The position numbers and the translations under genes were made by a program. Below the pieces are notes generated by a model. It searched no databases. It was given only the letters and a program-made list of their open reading frames with translations, and was not told the origin of the DNA. From Elusimicrobiota bacterium (GTDB lineage: Bacteria > Elusimicrobiota > Elusimicrobia > UBA1565), in NCBI GenBank assembly GCA_016218495.1, contig JACRDU010000094.1:42608-106607 (forward strand): a stretch of 64,000 bases of DNA, in the 5' to 3' direction. Positions 27,421 through 37,834 of the stretch are shown in pieces. How positions within the stretch are numbered: position 1 is the stretch's first letter; every line of letters begins with the position of its first letter.

Positions 27421-28029
27421 ATGAGCCAAGACATTTTGAACATGCGCGCGCGATTCTTCGGCGCCGCAGCGCTCTGCGCCCTGTTCGCGCTTTCCGCCTG
27501 CACCCCCAAGAAGACCGTCAAGAAGACCACCGGCCTCAGAGACGACGCCGCCGTCGCCGCGGCGGGCGCGGGGACCGAAGAGGCCGTCACCTTGCCCAGC
27601 GCCGCCGACGTCGAGGAAGCGCGCATCCGGGGCAAGGAGTTCGCTTCTGCCGCCGAACTGCAGCCGGTCCGCTTCGACTTTGACGCCTATTCGGTGGCCG
27701 AGGAGGGACGCATCGCGCTGCGGGCGAACGCCGATTACCTCAAGCAGCACCCGGACCTGGAAATCCTGGTCGAGGGCCACTGCGACGAGCGCGGGACCAC
27801 CGAGTACAACCTGGCCCTCGGGCAGAAGCGCGCCAAGGCGGTGCGCGAATACTACATCAGGCTGGGCGTGCCGGGCGGCAAGCTGGCCACCATCTCCTTC
27901 GGCGAGGAGCGCGGCGCCTGCGCCGAGCCGACCGAGGACTGCTGGGGCCGCAACCGCCGCGCCGAGACCAAGATCCGCGCCCAGGTCTCCTCGGCCCCTT
28001 ACAACTCGGGCTCGTCGGTCGTGCGCTAG
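27421..28029 (+). CDS. pal: Peptidoglycan-associated lipoprotein Pal (OmpA-family C-terminal domain).
   Basis: GGAGG lies 5 nt before ATG 27421. Lipobox ALFALSAC. OmpA-like domain …VRFDFDAYSV…LEILVEGHCDERGTTEYNLALGQKRAKAV…. Confidence 0.8.
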   Translation: MSQDILNMRARFFGAAALCALFALSACTPKKTVKKTTGLRDDAAVAAAGAGTEEAVTLPSAADVEEARIRGKEFASAAELQPVRFDFDAYSVAEEGRIALRANADYLKQHPDLEILVEGHCDERGTTEYNLALGQKRAKAVREYYIRLGVPGGKLATISFGEERGACAEPTEDCWGRNRRAETKIRAQVSSAPYNSGSSVVR

Positions 28030-28035
28030 CCGGCG

Positions 28036-28890
28036 ATGAGACCCGCCACCGTCCTGCGCCTCCTGCCGGCCCTGCTGCTCGGCGGCTGCGTCGCCACGCA
28101 GCGCGACATCCTCGATCTGTCCCAGCAGAACGACACCATCCAGCTCCAGGTCCAGAACCTCAAGAAGCTGATGACCCAGATCCAGTCCAACCAGGCCGAC
28201 CTCAACGCGCGCCTCGAAGAGGTCCACAAGGACATGACCGTCCTCAACGAGAACCTCAAGGACAACCGCGAGGCCTCCACGCGCGTGTCGGCGAAGATGG
28301 ACGACCTGGGGGCCGCCCTCGGGATGAAGGTCTCGAACCTCCAGCGCGGCATCGAGGCCACGCAGGAGACGCTGAAGGCTGCCGAGGAGCGCCGGCGCAC
28401 CGAGGCCGCCGAGGCGGAGCGCCGCGCCGCGGCCGAGGCCGAGCGCCAGAAGGCCGAGGCCGAAGCCCGGGAGAAGGCCGCCGCCGAGGCCGCGAAGGCC
28501 CTCAAGCCCAGCGACGTCTTCCAGCAGGCCCGCGCCCAGCTGGAGAAGAAGCAGTATGACCCGGCCGCGCAGGGCTTCGAGCTCTACCTCGAGAAATTCC
28601 CGAAAGGCGAGACGGCCGACCTGGCCGGCTACTACCTGGGCCAGGCGCGCTTCGCCCAGGAGCGCTGGGAGGACGCGGCCCGCGCCTTCGCCGTCGTGCT
28701 CGACCGCTTCCCGAAGAGCGAGGTCACCCCGGGCAGCCGGCTGCGCTACGCGCAGTGCCTCCTCAAGATGAAGACGCACGGGGACGAAGCCAAGCGCTAC
28801 CTCGAATCCATCCCCTCGGACTTCCCCAAGTCCCCCGAGGCCGTCAAAGCCAAGGAGCTGCTCAAGACCCTCGGCGGCAAGAAGGGATGA
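28036..28890 (+). CDS. cpoB: Tol-Pal system protein CpoB/YbgF (coiled coil plus TPR).
   Basis: Lipoprotein-like N-terminus LLLGGC. An N-terminal coiled coil (QLQVQNLKKLMTQIQSNQADLNARLEEV…) and a C-terminal TPR-like region (…YYLGQARFAQERWEDAARAF…) are present. It is located between pal and tolB. Confidence 0.7.
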   Translation: MRPATVLRLLPALLLGGCVATQRDILDLSQQNDTIQLQVQNLKKLMTQIQSNQADLNARLEEVHKDMTVLNENLKDNREASTRVSAKMDDLGAALGMKVSNLQRGIEATQETLKAAEERRRTEAAEAERRAAAEAERQKAEAEAREKAAAEAAKALKPSDVFQQARAQLEKKQYDPAAQGFELYLEKFPKGETADLAGYYLGQARFAQERWEDAARAFAVVLDRFPKSEVTPGSRLRYAQCLLKMKTHGDEAKRYLESIPSDFPKSPEAVKAKELLKTLGGKKG

Positions 28891-30164
28891 GCCGGGCCGC
28901 CGGCCTGCTGGCCCTCCTGCTGGCCGCCCTCCCCGCGCGGGCGGCCGAGGTCTACATCGGCGTGGAGGGGACGGCGGGCCGCTCGGCGTTCGCGATGGGC
29001 CTGGACGCCTTCGCCCCCGCCGACCCGAAGAGCGCCCAGGACGCCGACGCCGCTCGGCGCCTGCGCGAGGTCCTGCGCGCGGACCTGCTCTTCTCCCGCA
29101 CCTTCGACCTGCGCGAGGAGCCCCCGCCCGCCGACGCGCCGGACGCCCTGCAGGCCTGGAAGGACCGCGGCTCGGCCTTCCTCGTGCGCGCCGCGGCGGG
29201 GCAGTCGGCCGACATGCTCTCCCTGCAGGTGTCCCTGTTCGACCTCGGCGCCCGGCAGCCGCTCATGTCGCGCTACTACCGCCAGAAGGCGGACAACTGG
29301 CGCCTGCTCGCCCACGCGGCCGCCGACGACATCGTCCGGCAGCTCACCGGGCGCAAGGGCGTGGCGCGCTCGCGCATCGCCTTCGTCAACGACCAGACCG
29401 GCTCCAAGGAGGTCTACATCGTCGACTACGACGGGGCGGCCCCCCGCCAGGTCACCTCGAACCGCACCCTGAACCTGCTGCCGCGCTGGCGCCCGGACGG
29501 CCGGGCCCTGGCCTTCACCAGCTACAAGGACGGCAACCCCGACCTCTTCCTCTACGACTTCGAGCGCGGGCGCTCCTCCGTCGTCTCGGACCGCCAGGGC
29601 CTGAACATCGCCGGGGGCTTCTCCCCCGACGGCGCCACGCTGGCGGCGACCATCTCGCGCGGCAAGGAGCCCAACGTCCATCTCATCGACATGAAGACCG
29701 GCTCGGCCAAGGCGGTCACCAGCCATTTCGGCGTGGACTCCTCCCCCACCTTCTCGCCCGACGGGCTCCAGCTCGCCTTCGTCTCGGACCGCGCGGGGAA
29801 CCCCCAGGTCCACCTGCTGGAGCTCGCCGGCGGGCGCACCAAGCGCCTGACCCACCTCAACTGGTCCGACAGCCCCTCCTGGTCGCCCACCGGCGAATGG
29901 ATAGCCTTCTCCGGGCGCGCCAACCGCAAGGACACCCTCGACATCTTCCTCGTGGACGTCACCGGCACCCGCCTCGTGCAGCTCACCCACGGCGAGGGCC
30001 AGAACGAGGCCCCGTCCTGGTCGCCCGACGGGCGCTTCCTGGTGTTCTCGAGCTCCCGCGCGGGCGGCAAGCCGAAGCTCTACATCATGGACGCCGACGG
30101 GAGCGGTCCGCGGGTGCTGGCCGACCTGCCCGGCGGCTCCTACACCCCCAACTGGGGGCCTTGA
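28887..30164 (+). CDS. tolB: TolB periplasmic beta-propeller protein.
   Basis: The start is re-derived at MSRAAGLLALLLAALPARA (signal peptide), with the ATG overlapping the cpoB stop (ATGA). Repeated propeller blades (…PRWRPDGRALAF…, …FSPDGATLA…, …FSPDGLQLAFVSDRAG…, …WSPTGEWIAF…, …WSPDGRFLVFSS…). Confidence 0.85.
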   Translation: MSRAAGLLALLLAALPARAAEVYIGVEGTAGRSAFAMGLDAFAPADPKSAQDADAARRLREVLRADLLFSRTFDLREEPPPADAPDALQAWKDRGSAFLVRAAAGQSADMLSLQVSLFDLGARQPLMSRYYRQKADNWRLLAHAAADDIVRQLTGRKGVARSRIAFVNDQTGSKEVYIVDYDGAAPRQVTSNRTLNLLPRWRPDGRALAFTSYKDGNPDLFLYDFERGRSSVVSDRQGLNIAGGFSPDGATLAATISRGKEPNVHLIDMKTGSAKAVTSHFGVDSSPTFSPDGLQLAFVSDRAGNPQVHLLELAGGRTKRLTHLNWSDSPSWSPTGEWIAFSGRANRKDTLDIFLVDVTGTRLVQLTHGEGQNEAPSWSPDGRFLVFSSSRAGGKPKLYIMDADGSGPRVLADLPGGSYTPNWGP

Positions 30165-30195
30165 ATTTTTCCGCCTCGCGGGGCGTAATTAGGGG

Positions 30196-31127
<932 letters not shown>

Positions 31128-31131
<4 letters not shown>

Positions 31132-32357
31132 ACCTGCCCGAACTGCGCCGGGCGCGCAAGGAGTGGCTCACCAACCCACGGCTCCTAATAGGAACGATAG
31201 GGGCGAGCGCCGTCCTCGCCGTCTTCGCCGGCAACCTCGGCAAATACAACGCCGGCTCGCAGCTGACGGGGTCCGTAATCTACTGCCAGTTCGTCGTCCT
31301 GTTTTTCTACGGCATCCCCTGCCTCGTCGCCGATTTCGTCGAGGAGCACCAGAAGAAGACATGGGACCTGCTGGCGCTGACCCCCCTGAGCGCGTCGGAG
31401 ATAGTCCTTGGGAAGCTCGTCGCGGCGACTTCGTACGCGGTGTTCCTGGCCGCGGTCATGGCCCCGTGGGCGCTCTACGCACAGAGCCTGCCCGGAGCGG
31501 GAGGCGTCCTGAATCTGACGCTGAACTGGGCCTGGATGGGCGTCGCGTTCGTCGGGACCGCATTTCTTTCTCTCGCTGCGGCCGCCGCCACGGCCCGTCT
31601 CCAGGAAGGGAGAATCGGCATAGGCGGCCTGGCCCTGGGCGGCCTGGGCTTCCTGGGCGCCCTCTTCGGCCAGACCGTCGTCGGGACTTCCCGGAACCCC
31701 CAGGTCCTCGGCCCCGCCCTGTTGCTTTGCTCGGGCCTCTGGTGGACGGCCTGGGCGGCGGTCGCGGCCTTGCGTCAAGTCGGGCGCTTGCTTTCGGAAC
31801 GGCCAGCCAGTTGGGTGTTCCCGGGATTTCTGGCGGCGCTCTGGACCTATGCCCTCCTCTTCGCGCCGCTCTTCGCCGTCACCAAGCTGTCCATCGGGCT
31901 CTATGTATGCGCCACGGTCCCGGCTGTCGCCGCCCTTATGGGAGCGCTGCTGGACCGCGATACCCCTTCCGACGCCGGGCGGGTGCCGTCATGGGCCTGG
32001 TCCCTCCTCACGGTGGCCGGACTCTGCGCCGCCACGGGCCTCATGGTCCCCGACGCCCGACGCATCGCACTGATGGCCCCGCTCTTCCTGACCCGGGACC
32101 TGCTGCTCCTGGCCCGCATCCGCAGGAGCCGCGTCAAGAACGCTGAGACGGTCGCCATCGGGCTCATCGGGCTGCTCTATCTCGCCCCTGCCGCCTATTT
32201 CGCGGCGGCGCGCGACGGCGTTGGGCTGCATTGGGTCGTCCCGATGGTCGATCCCGCCATGGGCTGGGCGTCGAACTGCCTGCCCGCGCTGGCGCACGCG
32301 CTGGGCGCCGCCCTGCTTTTCAGGTCTGGGGGGAAGAAGAGCCTGAAGCCATCATGA
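31128..32357 (+). CDS. ABC-2-type transporter permease.
   Basis: GTG start overlaps the ATPase stop (GTGA). 409 aa with many TM helices. Confidence 0.6.
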
Positions 32358-33492
32358 CGCCGGCCCCGGCCGCCGCTCCGACGAGCAGGCCGATGACGGC
32401 GCCGATGGGGCCGCCGATGAAGAAGCCGGCGATGGCGCCAAGCAGGCCGCCGCCCATCCCGCCCTTGCCGACGGGGCTCTTCAGGACTCCCATGATCGAC
32501 GAGCCGATGCCGCCGCCCCCGGCGCCGGCCTTGGAGGCGTAGGTCTGCTCGTCCTTGCCCGGGGTCTTCGGCGGCGGGACCTCGAATTCGTCGGGAGAGG
32601 GGTTGCGCGCCGTGAGCGGCCCGGACGGAGCCGCGGGCGGAGGCGGAGCGGGAGAGAGGCGTTCGCCGGCCGGGGCTTCGGGCGGCTTCGGGGCTGCCGG
32701 CGCCTCGCCGGGCGCGGCCGGCGGGTTCGGGCGGGCGTCCACCACGCTGCCGCCGCCCGGGGCGGGGGCGCCGGGGGCGCGGCGCGAGCCGTCGAAGACC
32801 GATCCGCCGTTGACCGGGGTCTGGGTGCGGCGTGCGTCGGCCAAGAGGCGCTCAGCGGATTCGAGCTGCTGGCGGACGGTGGCCAGCCGCGCCGGGGTGT
32901 CGGCGGAGAGCCCGGCCAAGGTGCTCGCCATCGCCTCGCGGCCGGTCTTGACCATCTCCTCGGCGACGCCTGCGGCGGAATAGCGGAAGAACTTCGCCTT
33001 GCCGAGCTTGTCGGTCAGTTGCTCCTTGGCCTCGGGGGAGATGGAGCGCAGCTGCGCCACGTTGAAGCTGAGCTCGAAAGCGTCCATGCGGCTGGTGACC
33101 TCGCCCATGACCTGCCCGCCCCAGTTGTCCTGGTCGATCTTGGCCAGCCACGGGAGCTGGTCGCGCATGGAGGCGACCGTGGGCTTCACCCCGCCCTGCC
33201 CCTGGCCCGGCTTGTAAGTCTTCGCGAAGGTCTCGATGCGGGCCAGCCATTCGGATTGGAAGCGCTTTTTCTCGGCCTCGACGGCCTCCAGCGCGGAGGA
33301 GACGACACGGCGCAGGCCGGCCTTCAGGGCCTCGTCGGCCTGCGGGTCCGCCTTGATGGCGTGGATGATGCGCTGCTCGTCGGCGTTGAAGACCTCGTTC
33401 CAGACCTGGCCCGCCGTCGGAGCGGCCGAGGCCCGGACGGCGAGGCATAGGGCAGCGGCGAGGGCCGTCGAAACCGGATGCGGTAGGCGCAT
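32320..33492 (-). CDS. Secreted hypothetical protein with a helical N-domain, a Pro-rich linker and a C-terminal glycine-zipper membrane anchor.
   Basis: Signal peptide MRLPHPVSTALAAALCLAVRASA; …PAPGGGSVVDARPNPPAAPGEAPAAPKPPEAP…; C-terminal GGGLLGAIAGFFIGGPIGAVIGLLVGAAAGAG. Its 3' end overlaps the permease 3' end by 38 nt (convergent). Confidence 0.45.
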   Translation of the reverse strand: MRLPHPVSTALAAALCLAVRASAAPTAGQVWNEVFNADEQRIIHAIKADPQADEALKAGLRRVVSSALEAVEAEKKRFQSEWLARIETFAKTYKPGQGQGGVKPTVASMRDQLPWLAKIDQDNWGGQVMGEVTSRMDAFELSFNVAQLRSISPEAKEQLTDKLGKAKFFRYSAAGVAEEMVKTGREAMASTLAGLSADTPARLATVRQQLESAERLLADARRTQTPVNGGSVFDGSRRAPGAPAPGGGSVVDARPNPPAAPGEAPAAPKPPEAPAGERLSPAPPPPAAPSGPLTARNPSPDEFEVPPPKTPGKDEQTYASKAGAGGGGIGSSIMGVLKSPVGKGGMGGGLLGAIAGFFIGGPIGAVIGLLVGAAAGAGVMMASGSSSPQT

Positions 33493-33614
33493 GGGCAGAG
33501 GATAGCGGCCTCCCCCTCCCGCTCACAGGGTCGCCGGACCTCAACTACCCTGGGTCCAAGGACCTATTCCATCCCCCCGTTTCGGTGCCTGGCACCAAAG
33601 GGGTATTCCATCCG

Positions 33615-34220
33615 CTACTTGTGTTCTTTGGTGAAGCAGCGGCGGCAGCGCGCCTCGTACTTGTCGGCGGCGCCGACGCTGATGCGCTTGCGGGTGTGGG
33701 TGAGGCGCTGGGAGCGGTTGGCCGGGTTCCCGCAGGAGACGCAGATGGCCAGGTTCTTCGTCACGAACTCGGCCACGGCCATGAGCCGGGCTGTCACCTC
33801 GAAGGGCTGGCCCTTGTAGTCCTGGTCGAGCCCTGCCGCGATGACGCGCCGGCCGGAGTCGGCCAGAGCCTCGCAGACCTCGACCACGGCGGGGTCGAAG
33901 AAATGGACCTCGTCGATGCCGACCACCTGGGTGTCGGGATGGACGCGCTCGAGGATCTCCCTGGCCGAGCGCACGGGCACGCAGGGGATCTTGAGCTTGT
34001 CGTGGGAGATGATGTGGTTGCGCCCGTAGCGGGTGTCGAGGGCCGAGTTGAAGACGACGACCTTCTGGCGGGCGATTTTGGCCAGGCGCAGGCGGCGGAT
34101 GAGCTCCTGGGTCTTGCCGGAGAACATGCTCCCGCAGACGACCTCGACCCAGCCCGAGGTCAGCCCCAAGGGCTTGAGGTTCGGCGACAGGTCCGGCGCA
34201 TGGGCGATCACGGCGTTCAT
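33615..34220 (-). CDS. tdk: Thymidine kinase.
   Basis: The start is re-derived at MNAVIAHAPD… P-loop GSMFSGKT. Zn-ribbon …CVSCGNPANRSQRL…CRRC. The ATG overlaps the rfbB stop (ATGA). Confidence 0.85.
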   Translation of the reverse strand: MNAVIAHAPDLSPNLKPLGLTSGWVEVVCGSMFSGKTQELIRRLRLAKIARQKVVVFNSALDTRYGRNHIISHDKLKIPCVPVRSAREILERVHPDTQVVGIDEVHFFDPAVVEVCEALADSGRRVIAAGLDQDYKGQPFEVTARLMAVAEFVTKNLAICVSCGNPANRSQRLTHTRKRISVGAADKYEARCRRCFTKEHK

Positions 34221-35227
34221 CGCTTCCCCCCGAATCCATAGTTGGCCTTGTAGTAGGTCTTCACGTCCTTGCGCCCCTTCAGAGGCCGCCACCAGGCCTC
34301 GTTGGCCCGGTACCAGGCCACCGTCCGCCGCAGGGCCTCCTCGAAGGTGGTCTCGTGGCGGAAGCCCAGCCGTCGGAGCTTGGAGCAGTCGACGGCGTAG
34401 CGGCGGTCGTGGCCCTTGCGGTCGGGCACGGGCGTCACCAGGGTGGGCGGAACCCCCATGATGCGGCGGACGCGCTCGATGAGCTGCTTGTTGGTCAAAG
34501 ACGCCGTCCCGCCGATGTTGTAGACCTCCCCGGGCGTTCCTTTGCGCAGGACCAGGTCGACCCCGCGGCAGTGGTCGGTGACATGGACCCAGTCGCGGAT
34601 GTTGAGGCCGTCGCCGTAGAGCGGGAAGGGGATGCCGTCGAGCCAGTTCGTGATCATTAGCGGCAAGGCCTTCTCGGGGAACTGGTAGGGGCCGAAGTTA
34701 TTGGAGCAGCGGGTCACGAGGACCGGGAACTCATGGGTGACGAAGGCCGCCCGGACCATGAGGTCGGAGGCCGCCTTCGAGGCGGCGTAGGGGCTGTTGG
34801 GCAGCAGGGGGTCGGCCTCCTTGGACTCCCCCCTCTCCACGGAGCCGTAGACCTCGTCGGTGGAGACGTGGACGAAGCGCCCCACGCCCGCGGCGCGCGC
34901 CGCGTCGAGCAGCACCTGGGTGCCCGTGACGTTCGTGCGCAGGAAGGCCGAGGCGTCGAGGATGGAGCGGTCGACATGGCTCTCGGCCGCGAAGTGGACG
35001 ACGGCGTCGACGCCCCGCATGGCCTTGGCCACGGTCTTGGGGTCGGCGATGTCGCCGCGAACCCAGCGGTGGCGGGCGGCGCCGTCCATGCCTTTGAGGT
35101 TGGCCGGGTTGCCCGCGTAGGTGCGCAGGTCGAGGTTCACGATGCGCAGGGCCGGATGCTTCTTGAGCGACCAGCGCACGAAGTTGGAGCCGATGAACCC
35201 CAACCCGCCCGTTACGAGGAGCTTCAC
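34217..35227 (-). CDS. rfbB: dTDP-glucose 4,6-dehydratase.
   Basis: GTG start at 35227..35225 overlaps the epimerase stop (GTGA). RfbB signatures: VTGGLGFIGSNFV, TYAGN, HFAAESHVDRSI, STDEVYG, SPYAASKA, CSNNFGPYQFPEKALPL, IRDWVHVTDH, YNIGG, DRKGHDRRYAVD. The long Arg-rich 5' extension of ORF 34217..35713 is rejected. Confidence 0.8.
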   Translation of the reverse strand: MKLLVTGGLGFIGSNFVRWSLKKHPALRIVNLDLRTYAGNPANLKGMDGAARHRWVRGDIADPKTVAKAMRGVDAVVHFAAESHVDRSILDASAFLRTNVTGTQVLLDAARAAGVGRFVHVSTDEVYGSVERGESKEADPLLPNSPYAASKAASDLMVRAAFVTHEFPVLVTRCSNNFGPYQFPEKALPLMITNWLDGIPFPLYGDGLNIRDWVHVTDHCRGVDLVLRKGTPGEVYNIGGTASLTNKQLIERVRRIMGVPPTLVTPVPDRKGHDRRYAVDCSKLRRLGFRHETTFEEALRRTVAWYRANEAWWRPLKGRKDVKTYYKANYGFGGKR

Positions 35228-36186
35228 AGGCCGCCTTTGCGCTTGAAGTAGTGCTCTTCGAAGTAGCGGTAGGTGTCCCGCAGGCCGCCCTCGAAGTTCA
35301 TCACCGGCTTGTAGCCCAGCAGGCGTCTGGCCTTGGAGACGTCGGCCCAGGTCTTGCGCACGTCGCCGCGCCGGACCGGGCCGTGCTTGCGCTCGAGCCT
35401 GCGCCCGACCAGGCGCTCGATGACGGCGATGAGGTCGAGCAGGGAATAGGTCTTGCCGTTGGCGATGTTGAAGACCTCGCCCACGCCCCGGCTGGAGCGC
35501 GCGGCCAGGACGTTGGCCTGGACCACGTTGGAGACGTGGGTGAAGTCGCGCTGCTGACGGCCGTCGGAGTGGACCTCGAGCGGCACGCCGCGGAAGGCCT
35601 GTTCCATGAACTTCGGGATGACGGCGGAATAGAGGGACTCCGGGTCCTGGCGCGGGCCGAAGACGTTGAAATAGCGCAGGGCGATGGATTCCAGGCCCAT
35701 CGTCTTCGTCCACAAGAGCGCGTAGTGCTCACCGCACAGCTTCGAGGCGGCGTAGGGGCTCAGCGGGCGAGGGCGATGCTCTTCCTTCATGGGGAAGGAC
35801 CTGGTGTCGCCGTAGGCCGACGAGGTCCCGGCGTACACGAAGCGCTTCACCTTCGCCGCCGTCGCGGCGATGAGCAGGTTCAGGGTCCCCGTGGCGTTGG
35901 CGTCGTGGGAAGCCGTGGGGTTGTCCACGGACTTCGGCACGGAGCGGATGGCGGCCTGGTGGAGGACGAAGGAGGCGCCCTTGACCGCCTTGGCGCAGTC
36001 GGCGGGCCGGAGCAGGTCGCCGCGCACCAGCTCGACCTCGGAGCGGAAGCTTTTCATCTTGGCCGGCGAGCCGGTCGAGAAGTTGTCGAAGACGCGGACC
36101 TTCTCGCCCTGCTTCACGAGGGCCTCGGCGATGTTGGAGCCGATGAAGCCGGCGCCGCCCGTGACGAGCCAGATGGGTTTGGGCAT
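35224..36186 (-). CDS. NAD-dependent nucleotide-sugar epimerase/dehydratase (UDP-glucose / UDP-GlcNAc 4-epimerase family).
   Basis: VTGGAGFIGSN Rossmann motif and the YxxxK catalytic context (SPYAASKLCGE). Confidence 0.75.
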   Translation of the reverse strand: MPKPIWLVTGGAGFIGSNIAEALVKQGEKVRVFDNFSTGSPAKMKSFRSEVELVRGDLLRPADCAKAVKGASFVLHQAAIRSVPKSVDNPTASHDANATGTLNLLIAATAAKVKRFVYAGTSSAYGDTRSFPMKEEHRPRPLSPYAASKLCGEHYALLWTKTMGLESIALRYFNVFGPRQDPESLYSAVIPKFMEQAFRGVPLEVHSDGRQQRDFTHVSNVVQANVLAARSSRGVGEVFNIANGKTYSLLDLIAVIERLVGRRLERKHGPVRRGDVRKTWADVSKARRLLGYKPVMNFEGGLRDTYRYFEEHYFKRKGGL

Positions 36187-36252
36187 TGGGGGGAAATCCT
36201 CCGCGGGGGCGATTCTACCAAAACCCCCGGAGCCCTGCTATCCTAAGGAGGC

Positions 36253-36912
36253 GTGGACCCCTACGAGCCATATTGGCGCCTGCTGGAGCTCGAGCCTGGG
36301 GCGGACCTGGGCGAGCTCAAGCGCGCCTATCGCGAACAGGCCAAGACCTGGCATCCCGACCGGTTCCCCTACGACGCCACCCTGCGCCAGGGCTGCGAAG
36401 ACCGCATGCGCCTCATCAACCAGGCCTACGAGGCGCTCACGGCCCTGCTCGAGGGGGGCGCCCCCCCCCATCCCGACGCGCAAGGGTGGCGGCCGGCCCC
36501 GGAAGAATCCGAGGCCGCCGGAGACCTCAGCGCCTGGCGCCCCGCCCCGCCCCCCTTCGTGCCCAGCCGCCCGCCGGGGGGCATACCGGCCTTCGCCTCG
36601 ATGGGGCGCCTGGCCGCCGCCATGTCCGCCGCGGGGCTGGCGCTGTCGGTCCTCTTCGTGCTGCCCAACCAGACCTGGGCCCCCTATTGGACGGGGATGC
36701 GGCTGGTCGCGGGCCCCGCCCTGGCCTATGCCGCCGCCGCCTCCTTCGCGCGCGGGGTCTGGGAGATGGGCCTCGGTCTGATCCTCCTCGCCCTGGCGCT
36801 AAACCCAGTCATCCCCGTGCCGATGGGCCTGGAGGAATGGCGCATCTTCAACGGGCTCACGCCCCCTCTGCTCATCGGGATGTTCGTCTGGATCTCCAAG
36901 CGAGGGGGCTGA
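36253..36912 (+). CDS. J-domain (DnaJ-like) protein with a C-terminal multi-TM domain.
   Basis: GTG start preceded by AAGGAGG. J-domain YWRLLELEPGADLGELKRAYREQAKTWHPDRF with the HPD motif. C-terminal hydrophobic segments (…LALSVLFVLPNQ…, …LGLILLALALNPVIPVP…). Confidence 0.6.
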   Translation: MDPYEPYWRLLELEPGADLGELKRAYREQAKTWHPDRFPYDATLRQGCEDRMRLINQAYEALTALLEGGAPPHPDAQGWRPAPEESEAAGDLSAWRPAPPPFVPSRPPGGIPAFASMGRLAAAMSAAGLALSVLFVLPNQTWAPYWTGMRLVAGPALAYAAAASFARGVWEMGLGLILLALALNPVIPVPMGLEEWRIFNGLTPPLLIGMFVWISKRGG

Positions 36913-36913
36913 C

Positions 36914-37828
36914 ATGAGGCGCATCGCCATCGTCGGAACGGGCTTCGTCGGGGCCACGGTCGCCTACGCCCTGCTGCAGCGCGGGGTCTCGGAGGCCATC
37001 GACCTGGTGGACGCCGACGCCGAGCGCGCCCTCGGCGAGGCGATGGACCTGTCCCACGCCCTCCCGTTCGTCAAGAACTGCCGCGTGCGCCCCTGCTCCC
37101 TCGACGAGGCGCGCGGCGCCGACCTCGTCATCGTCTGCGCCGGGCGCAACTCGGTCCCCGGGGAGACGCGGCTGGACCTGTGCCGGGACAACGCCGCGCG
37201 CATCCGGCTCATCTGCGCCGCCCTGCGCGCCTGGTCCCCCCTGCCCGTGGTCCTGGTCGTCTCGAACCCCGTCGACGTCCTCACGCACGTCGCCTGGAAG
37301 GAGATGGGGCGGCCTGAAGGCCGCGTCCTGGGCTCGGGCACGACGCTCGACACCGCCCGCCTGAAGACCCTGCTCGGCGAGCGCTTCGGGATGGACCCCC
37401 ACAGCATCCACGGCTACATCCTGGGCGAGCACGGCGACTCGGAGTTCGCGGCCTGGAGCACCGTGTCGGCGGGAGGCGTGGCGCTGGCGCGCTGGCCCGG
37501 CTACGACGCGGCCGCGCTCGAGGCCGTCTTCACCCAGGTGCGCACCGCGGCCTACGAGATCATCAAGCGCAAGCGCGCCACCTATTACGCCGTGGCCGCC
37601 GCCGTCGCCGTCATCGCCGAGGCCGTCATCCGGGACCAGAGGACGGTCCTGCCGGTCAGCGTGCCGGCCGAAGGCCGCTACGGCCTGCCCGACGTGAGCC
37701 TGTCGCTGCCCTGCGTGCTGGGACGGCAGGGCTTGGTCAGGGTGATGGAGCCGGAGCTGGACCCGGCGGAGCTGGCGGCGCTGCGCCGTTCCGCGTCGGT
37801 GCTGGAGAAGGCCCTGGCCGCCGCCTGA
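36914..37828 (+). CDS. ldh: L-lactate dehydrogenase-like NAD-dependent 2-hydroxyacid dehydrogenase (LDH/MDH family).
   Basis: IAIVGTGFVGATVAYAL (NAD-binding); LVIVCAGRNSVPGETRLDL; catalytic-His region IHGYILGEHGDSEFAAWS. The residue at the Q102-equivalent position appears to be Ser, so substrate specificity is uncertain. Confidence 0.75.
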   Translation: MRRIAIVGTGFVGATVAYALLQRGVSEAIDLVDADAERALGEAMDLSHALPFVKNCRVRPCSLDEARGADLVIVCAGRNSVPGETRLDLCRDNAARIRLICAALRAWSPLPVVLVVSNPVDVLTHVAWKEMGRPEGRVLGSGTTLDTARLKTLLGERFGMDPHSIHGYILGEHGDSEFAAWSTVSAGGVALARWPGYDAAALEAVFTQVRTAAYEIIKRKRATYYAVAAAVAVIAEAVIRDQRTVLPVSVPAEGRYGLPDVSLSLPCVLGRQGLVRVMEPELDPAELAALRRSASVLEKALAAA

Positions 37829-37834
37829 GCGGGC

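Noticed and set aside
34217-35713. 498-aa minus ORF.
   Set aside because: The first 162 aa are Arg/Pro-rich and overlap the epimerase gene. The RfbB homology begins exactly at a GTG overlapping the epimerase stop.
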